DNA of 63,161 nucleotides, filler included, from Cercozoa sp. M6MM (Eukaryota; Protista; Endomyxa: Ascetosporea): NCBI GenBank assembly GCA_040357565.1. It is 9 parts of 9 records of this genome, joined end to end, with 100 filler letters (N's around TTAATTAATTAA, not from the genome) between each part and the next. Parts side by side here need not be neighbours in the genome. Positions count along the whole stretch, not along the records: positions 31,722 to 58,050 come from JBDODJ010000149.1; positions 58,151 to 59,948 come from JBDODJ010001915.1; positions 60,049 to 61,609 come from JBDODJ010001997.1; positions 61,710 to 63,161 come from JBDODJ010002028.1; 5 more parts are not named here. One strand, 5' to 3'. The position numbers and the translations under genes were made by a program. Under the pieces are notes generated by a model. It made no database searches. It had not been told where the DNA came from and saw only the letters and a program-made list of their open reading frames with translations. Below are positions 53,920 to 63,161 of this stretch, in pieces; position 1 is the stretch's first letter; each line of letters begins with the position of its first letter.

Positions 53920-56863
53920 ATGCTCGGAGACACATACTTAAACATCTGCCTAGGTACTGAGGGTTAGTAACTACCTGGTGCAGAGGAACTAGTCAGTTCA
54001 TTTCATTTGATAGGAGCATTAGAGAGTAATGTGCGCGCACTGGCGAACATCGCCGAGGTGTCTTCCGATGCGCAGCTCTACGCCGATGAGCGGATTCTGT
54101 TTCGCGTGCAACGTGCCTCGCAGCAATCGAGCGATTTGTATCGGACGTTTCGGCAGTCGATGAAAGCTGCCAAGAGCACGTAAATTCCACCATATCCACG
54201 TATTTGCTCTTTGCGTGACGCAAGTTACAGTGCTGTCATTGCAGAAAGCGACAAAGGCAAAATTGTGCGAGGCTACTGGAAACACGGCGCATGCTGCGTG
54301 AACTCAAATGTGCGATGATTTTGGCCACGACGCTGTTGATGCGTGGTCGGCGCCGAACCAACGGCACTTCAGATGAGGTTTCTGTCCTTAGCCACGAGAG
54401 GACCAACCGAACAGCTTGTAGCGTCATCAAGAGGCAAGACAAAAAGAGCCCGGGACATGCACACAACATGATGACGCAAGTAGAGTGCCCAACTAGCAGC
54501 GCTGGTATTGTCGCATTTGTTGGTCTCGTCTTCGTCATGTTTAAGCGATTTGGGTAGGAGAAAAAAGTGCTCATAGTTCAGTGTGGTGTGCGTCCTCTTT
54601 GACTGCCGAAGTCACTGATGACACTGACAGAGTTTCCCAGACTGAAAGCAACGTGGATCAGACAGAGACTGCGCATCTCGTGGCAGGTGAGACGAGCGAC
54701 ACTGACACACGCCTGATCAACAGTCACGACACGAATCGAAGGAGAGCGCGCAGTCCACTGTCGTCTGCTCCCTCGTCGATCGTCGATAGTGACACTGATG
54801 GCAAGCCTCAGACAGAGAGTAGGCGACGTGTGGCCAGCGAGTCTAGTCGCACAAGCAATGACTCACATGTGGCTTTTTCTAGCCACAGCACAGCTGCGCA
54901 AACGACAACTGAAGAAAGTGTCAGCACTGGCAAGGAATTCAAAGGTGCAGTTTCGAGGTCAGGTGTTGTTCGAGGTATGTTTAACATCTCTCTGTGCTAA
55001 AATCTACCACTTACGAACTGAATCAGTCTCAACTTGTTGCAGGCGTCAGCACTGACACTGCCGAAACACCAAAGTCACCAACCGTCCAACCTGTCAACAG
55101 ACGCAATAAAGTCAACGACGAGAGCGTCAACATTAGTCACTCGATTGAGCGAGATGGTAAAGTTACCACCAGCCCAAAACTCAGTCTGGAGTTTTTTGTT
55201 TGTTGATCGCAGCTTGTCAATTGTTAATTTAGTGCACAAACTCGCCAGAGCGGCGGCGAAACTGCAGCGACGTTTCGTCCGATTCGCTGCCAGTCGCAGC
55301 AGTCGAAGCGTCCCTCTCAGCAGCGACAACCACAACGACAACAACAGCAGCAGCAACAGCAGCAGCAGCAACAAGAACAACAACAGCAGCAGCGACAGCA
55401 AGAACTACAAGAACAATCAGAACAAGAACAACAAGAACAAGAACAACAAGAACAAGAGCAACAAAAACAAGAACAACAAGAACAAGAACAACAAGAACCA
55501 GAACAACAAGAACCAGAACTACAGTCACCAGGACATCAGCCAGAGTACCTCGCGCGGCAACAGTGTCCCTGATAACTTTAGTGATCCATCGGTGTCCAAA
55601 AACAACACTCAGCAGAGCTACGGCGACAACTCGGACAGCGGTCTGTCCTTCTTCAGTCACGAGGTCTCTGCCGAGAGTCTTCCTTCTGCACAACTCGATA
55701 ATACTGGTGATGCCAACGACTTCTCGTTACACTTGGGTTCTATGAGAGGCGGCGGAACTACGCCTTCTTCTATAGCGGTAGCAAACCTCCTATTATCGTA
55801 TATTTCAGTTGCGTCGGTTTGCCTTTTAAACTTAGTTGACACTTGTTTGGCTGTTGATAGCGACAACGTGCCCCAATCGCAGGCGATGCGCCCATTACTA
55901 CCTTGTGTGAGTTTCCTTCCGATAAGACTAATCTTTCACTCACTCAGTTCTATTGTAGCCCGTGCGATGAAAGTGCCTCCACGTCCACAGTTGAGAAACC
56001 GTTGCACTCATACTCCTGCACAAACGTACTTCAACCGCCAGACCAGCATGTCATGCAGCCCCACGACTTCCCGGGTCTCTAAATTGGAGCAACCAAGTGC
56101 CAGCAACGGGAGCAGCAACCGCAGCCACCTCAATAGCATTAGCAGCAGCAGCAGGAAGAACACACAGACACAAGGCAGGCAGCCGCATGCGAAAGCAACG
56201 ACACCCGTGCATACACAAGTCAAGCAACTGTCACAGAGAAAGACGCAGACCAGTTCTCCACCACGAACGAACAATGCTGGATCACAATCGAAACAGAGAG
56301 CGAAGCAGACGAAATTACCAGCACGAAAAGGCAATGCTGCAACACAATCAAAAAATAAGTCAGTGGCATTGAAGCAGCGTGGGGTGCGAGCGATAGAAAA
56401 TAAACACCTAGAACCAACTGGGGTTGACTCGAGGGCACGCACACTGCAGCAACAAACGGAGTGTGCCAAGGTCACTTCAAGGGACGTAAAGTCTTTAAAG
56501 CAGCGAGAGACCTACTTGACTGGGGGTACAGCTGCAGCAGTTTAAACTGGCTGTTCGAGAGACTTATTTTGCGAACAGGGGGACTGAAACATGCCGATGT
56601 GCCCAGCCTTACTTCAAAGATGCAGCAGACTTCGAAGTCTGCGCAAGATGTTGAAATGCCGACCATTGACTTTCCTTCGCGCGAGTCCTCTCTGTCGCAG
56701 GTACAATGCCGTTGAATTTCTCGTCGATTAAATGCGCTATTAAATTTATATCTAACTTATATANNNNNNNNNNNNNNNNNNNNNNNNNNNNNNNNNNNNN
56801 NNNNNNNNNNNNNNNNNNNNNNNNNNNNNNNNNNNNNNNNNNNNNNNNNNNNNNNNNNNNNNN

Positions 56864-56912
<49 letters not shown>

Positions 56913-57506
56913 GAATATTAATGTATGCTGCTGACTGTCGCAGGGAGAGATGGAGAGAGTTCTAGCTTCTTTATCGCGTGATATGCACGCCAACTTGTCT
57001 GTGAGTGAGCCATCCCAGTCGACATCCACAGGTGGCACTACGGAAGCAGAATCGCGGTCTGTTGATATGGATGACGAGGTGCTTATTGATGCCATTGTGC
57101 GTCGATTCCACAGTGTGTTTCTTCTTACGAGTCCCTTTGTAAAGCGAGAGAGTGTGCTAGTTCAGAGATGCGATCGCTGCGGAAGAAGCGACGCTCGACA
57201 GCAGCGAAAGAGACACAGTTCACACAGGCACCTCTACCTGCCAGGCCGGAGAAGAAGAAGGCTGCTGCTGCGTGGATCCGAACTCCGCACGTGAGAGGAA
57301 CATGGACCCCTTATTGCACCAAATCAACCCTGCACCGAGCAACGCAAGTGAACAACAACAGGAAGACACTAAAAAAGAACAGCAACGACAGAAACGTGCG
57401 AAGGCTGCTGCAGTTGTTTCAGCAAGAGCGCGAACTCTGCGACACCGCACTCCGAAAAGCAGAGAGATACGAACGTCGTCGCCAACGCATGAAATCCGAG
57501 GAGTAA
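53920..57506 (+). CDS. Large Ser/Asn/Lys-rich hypothetical protein
   Basis: A spliceable start MLGDTYLNICLGALESNVRAL, NKN repeats at about 55370-55520 and a last exon ending RMKSEE*. Internal exons are tentative. Confidence 0.5.
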
Positions 57507-57993
57507 GTCACCAATGATGCTCCTCGGCTCTGCTCAGCCGAGTGCGACCTTTCAAACTATGGTGCATCTGTGTAAATGTAGTTTGAAGGGTTGGGCGAGC
57601 AGAGGCAGTGCAACTTCTCCGTCATTTCATGGGTACACACTACTAAGTAAATTTAGTTTACGTTGCCACGAAACTAATCCATCCCACGGCAGAAGCGCGA
57701 TTGCCAAGTCACTGTACGCACACAGCAGCTCAACAACCGCTGCCTTGTTGCACTGACGGTCCTGTTTGACAAACGGTGTTCGTGACAGGAGTGACTGGAC
57801 GTGAGCCGGCTGTGCAATAGCAGTATACAGTAGACTGAGTTGATTTTCTATGCAAATCACAGTCGCATATTGGAACAATGAAGAAATGATCCGCAAAGGA
57901 CGTTTTAGCGGGGCTCCGGCATTTGAATTTAAGAAAAAATTACTCTTAAATGGTCTACATGGCCGGGTCGAAGCGCCTCTGCTCGGAGCATCC

Positions 57994-58050
<57 letters not shown>

Positions 58051-58150
58051 NNNNNNNNNNNNNNNNNNNNNNNNNNNNNNNNNNNNNNNNNNNNTTAATT
58101 AATTAANNNNNNNNNNNNNNNNNNNNNNNNNNNNNNNNNNNNNNNNNNNN

Positions 58151-58187
<37 letters not shown>

Positions 58188-58218
58188 CTTGTGTTGTATT
58201 GTCTTGTGTTGTGTGTAG

Positions 58219-58641
58219 ATGTCAACGCCCTGGCTGCTGTGCAGCGCGAGCTTGATGCTGACCTGCTCGTTACGGGTACCTCATGCGTATGTTGTGGCAT
58301 GTGCCTGCACTGTGCCCCTGTGCTTTAGGTCACACGCACCAGCAACAGTTGTACGAGGATGTCGAGACGGGCACCTGCATCGTCAACCCGGGCAGTGCCA
58401 CTGGCGCTTGGTCAGCTTTTTCCGCCGAGACAGGTGTGTGATTCCTGCTCTCCAGAGACATGTACATACGATATCACGGCGGTGTGCATGTGTTCAACCA
58501 GGTGTGCCGAGCTTTGTGCTGATCAAGATTAGCGGCGACTCGATGGTGCTGTACCAGTACCGTCTCGAGAATGGCGAGGTCGCTGTCACCAAGAAGGAGC
58601 TGCAGACCGGCGTCAACACTGCTGCCGAGTCTGAGGATTAA
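58219..58641 (+). CDS. VPS29: Retromer subunit Vps29, 5' partial
   Basis: QRELDADLLVTGHTH...IVNPGSATGA...PSFVL...LYQYRLENGEV. Confidence 0.93.
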   Translation: MSTPWLLCSASLMLTCSLRVPHAYVVACACTVPLCFRSHAPATVVRGCRDGHLHRQPGQCHWRLVSFFRRDRCVIPALQRHVHTISRRCACVQPGVPSFVLIKISGDSMVLYQYRLENGEVAVTKKELQTGVNTAAESED

Positions 58642-59780
58642 TTGCACGACCACCACTGCACCATTAGCTCGGCAAGTGGCAACCCAGCGCATTGGGCCTG
58701 ACCATGGCACGTATCGCTGCGCGCAGACGACCTCGCTTCGTAGTTAGTTGAGTCTTCTAGGAAACCGAGTAAGTAGTTCCCCTGCACCAGTCCGGGGGTG
58801 GGTCACAATACCTCGCTTCGTATCTCGTCTTTTTCGTTTCATACACCACCGCATACAGCGTACGCTAACCGATCGAATCGTACTGGATCGGATGTGTCGG
58901 GTTTTGTGGTAAGTTACGCCTTTCAAAAAAGCGCTTGTGTTTTCAGCAAAAACTGACCTCCCCAACCGTAGAGACAGTCCGGTGTCATGCAGACCAGACG
59001 GGTTTCATACAAGTATCCCTGCATTAGATTTTACTGTCTGTCAGCAGTCGGACCGAAGTCTAACAGACTGTTGTCAATACAGTCTCGCAAGCTAAAATAA
59101 CGGGAACTTGGAAAGGGTCACTGGCAAGTTTACCCCTCTGTTTTACCCGAAACGGGTGGGTTCCGTCAGCTAGTGTGAACTGATAAGCGCGGAAGTCATT
59201 TGTACTTTTACTTCCTTCTGCTGGCGTAGGTGAATCCTCGCCACATGTCGCTTCAGGTATCTTGTCCTGTGGCATCGCACAGTGTGGGTAGCATACTATG
59301 CACTTGTAAGTTTTACCTGTACGGCGTCCTGCAATTTTGCTGTAGGCGTGAAGCTAGTTCAAGGTTTGGTAACTTACAGTATCTTGCTGCAGCTTCACTG
59401 GCCCGCCTTTCGTGATTCAGTTTAAACTTACAATGATCTCGCCTTAAAGCAGCTGCAAATGAGCGAGAGGAGGGAAGTACAGTTTTTTAGCTCCTAAAAG
59501 TCGGGGTTGCTACTCAACGTGAACTTTAAGACAGTAGCACTTAGAGGAGCGACGGCCACACCCTCAATTTTAATTAATTTACAGTTTTCAGTTTCCGTTT
59601 CCTTCTACATTACTACAGCAGCGATGTCATGCAGGAGTGCAGCCCCGGATAGTTCCCGTACTTGAGATTTGACAGTACTGTCGAAGCAGTGACCGAAATT
59701 GATACGCTAGCCTAGTACAGTTACAGGTTGTTGTCGATGCAGTCGAGCAAGCTAAAATAACGAATTCGGAAAGGCTACAG

Positions 59781-59948
59781 TTAGTAGCGACGGCCGTATC
59801 CGTGGCCGTGTCCATATCCGTGACCGTGACCATATCCGTGACCATGATGACCGTAGCTGCCACTGCTGCTACCGTATCGGCCATGGTGACCGTAGCCGTG
59901 TCCGTGCCCGTACCGACGGCCGTAGCCACCGTATCCACCACCGCAGTC
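59781..59948 (-). CDS. C-terminus of a Gly/His/Tyr-rich protein, 5' partial
   Basis: The frame reads DCGGGYGGYGRRYGHGHGYGHHGRYGSSGSYGHHGHGYGHGHGYGHGHGYGRRY* with synonymous codon variation. Confidence 0.75.
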   Translation of the reverse strand, partial: DCGGGYGGYGRRYGHGHGYGHHGRYGSSSGSYGHHGHGYGHGHGYGHGHGYGRRY

Positions 59949-60065
59949 NNNNNNNNNNNNNNNNNNNNNNNNNNNNNNNNNNNNNNNNNNNNTTAATTAA
60001 TTAANNNNNNNNNNNNNNNNNNNNNNNNNNNNNNNNNNNNNNNNNNNNGGGGGGGGTAAAAGTAC

Positions 60066-60946
60066 GCAAGAAGTGCCACGACACGGCCGAGCAGTTCAGT
60101 GCGACTTCCATTGTTGGCAGGTACTTGAGTGCCTGCACCACAATAGGTTAGATACAATAGATTAGATACAATAGGTTAGATACAATAGGTTAGATACAAT
60201 AGGCTAGGTAAGGTACACCGAGACTAGAGTATCAGAGATACTACCATGCGAACGAGGGTACTTCGTTCCATGAAATCATCGACGTTCCATGCTGCGTTCA
60301 GTCGCGTCTCCAGGTCTGGCAGGGGGGGGGGGGGGGGAGTAAGGGGGTGCTAGGTACAGAACTGACACGAAGAGTCTGAAAGCTACCGTATTCGTAGTGC
60401 ACAAAGTCATCGTCGCTCTCGGAGTCCGACGGCGTTTCGTCATCACTCGAAACCGTCTCGCTGGCTTCCGGAGTGTCACGTGTCACCTGCACCGTCGTTT
60501 CCTGTTGCCGCACCGTCGTTTCCTGTTGCCGCACCGTCGTTTCCTCCTGCTGCACCGTCGTGTCACGTGCCATTTCGAAAAACGTCTCGAGCGGCAATTT
60601 GCGCGGCTGCTTCACTGTCGGTTTCGGTGACGGTTTCAGCAAAGGCGACGGTTGTTCTTGTTCCAAAAGATCAATCAGCACGGTTTCCTCCTCCTCTGCG
60701 TGATCGGACTCAACATCGGTGTGATCACCGTCGACGTCGAAATTGCCGATCAGTTCGAGCAACTCGCGTCCCCGACGCTCGCGCTACAGGTCACGCATCA
60801 AAAGAACAGTCGCAAAGCAAGCGCGGGCACTCAGTGCACCTTCAACTTGAACCTGCGTTGCGCCGCGGCACCCTGCTCAAACAAAAAGCCCACAGAAACA
60901 AATCGCAATGATCACTGAGCACGAACATGACTCTCCGTACCCTCAT
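60066..60946 (-). CDS. F-box-like protein, 3' partial
   Basis: Spliced LVRMALKYLPTMEVALNCSAVSWHFL resembles an F-box, preceded by acidic and QQETTVR repeats. Confidence 0.45.
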
Positions 60947-61223
60947 AGCAACAGTGCAATAGTTTAAACCCTATGGAAGCACACAAATCACTAGTTAGAG
61001 CACTGGCGAAAAGTTCAGGCGAAGAAAATGATAATATTTTGCTGTTGTAATTTTCGGTAGCCACCAATCCAGACAGGATCGGACCAACCATCCGATCAAC
61101 AGTGCTGTTCAACTCTTTTCAACTCTTTGATCCAACCGAATAACTGTAGCTAGTAGCTAATAAAAATGTGTCAGTCAACTGTGACGGTTCGATTTGTAAA
61201 ACAAAAACAAAAAGCGTCTCGGC

Positions 61224-61609
61224 TTACAAAGCTCCAGCAGCGTACTTGGCCCGTCGCTGGTCGGCCCGTCCCTCCTGTTCGTTGACATGTCGCTGCCTGA
61301 AGGCCTCCTGCAAAGCGAGAGAGCTAAAAAACCAAACTGGGGAGAAAATAATTTTGGAGAAACGCACCCATCCATTGGAACGGTCAACGCCGTCCCACCG
61401 GTGACCAGGTTTGATGTTCCAACGGTTGTCAAACGGAGCGCCTGCACGTGCAAGTGTCAGCGCGCACCCAAACTGGTCAAACAGAGAGTGTTTTTTTGGG
61501 GTTATTTTGCTACCGTGATATTCGGGCCGCAGTCGCAGTTTCGGGTGTTTTTTCTTCAGTCGGCGCAGCATTTTTTCTCTCCTCTTTGCTCGCTGCGCGC
61601 GGGGGGGGG
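61224..61609 (-). CDS. BUD13: Bud13 (RES splicing complex) C-terminus, 5' partial
   Basis: NRWNIKPGHRWDGVDRSNGW is the Bud13 signature. Confidence 0.92.
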
Positions 61610-61709
61610 NNNNNNNNNNNNNNNNNNNNNNNNNNNNNNNNNNNNNNNNNNNNTTAATTAATTAANNNNNNNNNNNNNNNNNNNNNNNNNNNNNNNNNNN
61701 NNNNNNNNN

Positions 61710-61765
<56 letters not shown>

Positions 61766-62276
61766 TGTAATTACCCCCACCGAGTGTAGACGTCGCCGCA
61801 GCTGCCGGCGCGTCCTCCGCAGCTGCCGCCGAAGCGTGCACGTCGCGTCACCATGCCCGGCACCTCCCTGCCCTTACGAGCGCTGCACACTTGATCCCGA
61901 TGTTCCGATCGTGCGCCATCAGCGTTTGTTTATGTTACCGCAGCCTTTAATAATTCAGCCTTTGGCAGTGCAAACAGGCTATGCCAGGAACAGCATTTAG
62001 TTACCCCCAACGCAAGATAGGGTCGGCAAAGTACAGGAAAGTAGACTAGTGGGGCAGAAAGAAGCCCGGCAGGAATCGGAAGAATGGAGGGAGAAAGAGG
62101 GACGTACAAAAGCTCTCCGTGCTGGGAGCACGTCCAAGTGGGTCAGTAACGTCAAGTACAGAACGTAACGTAACTCGTGTCCGCCCTCGTCGCGTTAGTT
62201 CCTGTCCGAGTTGCTCACGTCATAGCGCAGGAGGCTCAGACGAGATAGACAGATTCAGACCCGTGCGGAGTCTAAA

Positions 62277-62621
62277 TTAAAGTGCCAGGTGTCGCACAAA
62301 CACCTGGTCGCACGAGGTGTCGCTGAAGGTAATGACACGGAACTCGGGATTCACCTGTCCACGTAAGGTAGGGGTAAGGTAGGAAGTAAGTAGTATGGGT
62401 ATGGAAGGGTAAGACGACACCTCGGCAATCTTCTTGAGCCACTCGGAGCAGGCACCGCACGGAGCCAGCGGGTTCAACGGCGCGCCCTTGGGCCGACTGT
62501 CCCGGCCAGACAGGCGCTGCACCGACGGCGGCACCGAGCGAGAGCCCGTCTTCACCGGCGACAGCGTCAACTTGGCGCGCTCCGCCGCCGTGTGACGCGG
62601 CGATGACGCTATGTGCGTGTA

Positions 62622-62666
<45 letters not shown>

Positions 62667-63113
62667 GTGTGCGTGTGTGTGTGTGTGTGTAGGTAAGGGA
62701 GGGCAAGAAGGATAGGTGAGACTACGCATGGCAAAGGTGGTGACACGCGCTGACGGCGACGGAATTCGCGGCGCCGGACTCAACTCGAGCGGCGACCAGT
62801 CCAACTCGGCCGCTGACCCGAGGTCTGACACATCCGTGCGGACGGGAAGCGTCTCCAACTCACCCTCCACACTGTGCGTTTCTCGCGTGCGGCAACTGAT
62901 CATGGGGGGTTAAAAGGTTGAGGGGAGTATAATGCGCCGTACTACTGGTGACGCATTTCGTCGATCAAGTCAGAATTGAGAGTCATGCTGAGCTGCACGT
63001 GGGGGGGGGGGGAGGGGTAAAGGGGGTGGGGGGGGTGGAGGGGGTAGGTTTCTCAGTTGTACCACCGCGATCATGCGGAAGTGTTTCCTCAACAACGTCG
63101 GGTCGGCACTGAG
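62277..63113 (-). CDS. Cytidine-deaminase-fold protein, 5' partial
   Basis: LSADPTLLRKHFRMIAV...NPLAPCGACSEWLKKIAEVNPEFRVITF contains a PCxxC zinc motif. The upstream C/H-x-E motif is outside the window. Confidence 0.6.
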
Positions 63114-63161
63114 TGCAGGGGTGGAGGGGGTAAAAGGGTGGGGGGGGGGGGGGACGCGGCC

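Noticed and set aside
53993-54574. Minus-strand ORFs as a separate gene
   Set aside because: A plus-strand spliced frame from the ATG at 53920 explains the region better, and the minus strand shows no motif support.
58700-59770. ncRNA or mobile element in the long intergenic stretch
   Set aside because: I found only a short CCGATC/GATCGG hairpin, with no tRNA, snRNA, terminal repeat or transposase signature.

Overview
Eukaryotic nuclear DNA from an intron-rich protist of undetermined lineage. It is not one continuous locus: nine scaffolds are joined by artificial N-TTAATTAATTAA-N linkers. By manual GT-AG splicing I recover about 25 tightly packed genes. Recognisable ones are ARP3, RPL32, a PH-domain protein, transportin, VPS18, NAA35/Mak10, RUVBL2, an OTUD6-like deubiquitinase, a PMCA Ca2+-ATPase, ERCC8/CSA, nicotinamidase, PARN, a GPATCH4-like protein, an SBP2-like protein, an ADAM protease, VPS29, BUD13, an F-box-like protein and a deaminase-like protein; several others are orphans. 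The highlights are: (1) a 20-intron gene, invisible in the ORF track, encoding an ATP-dependent RNA ligase fused to a P-loop kinase (Trl1/plant-RNL-type 'heal-and-seal' architecture); (2) a box C/D snoRNA in the RPL32 intron whose guide fits U6 A47; (3) unusual introns with very high density, degenerate 5' splice sites, a private tandem repeat in many of them and sense-strand C-rich TTACCCC tracts; (4) an 11-bp-phased inverted GTAA/TTAC array between convergent genes; (5) a Gly/His/Tyr-rich protein tail. All homology calls come from remembered motifs; no searches were run.
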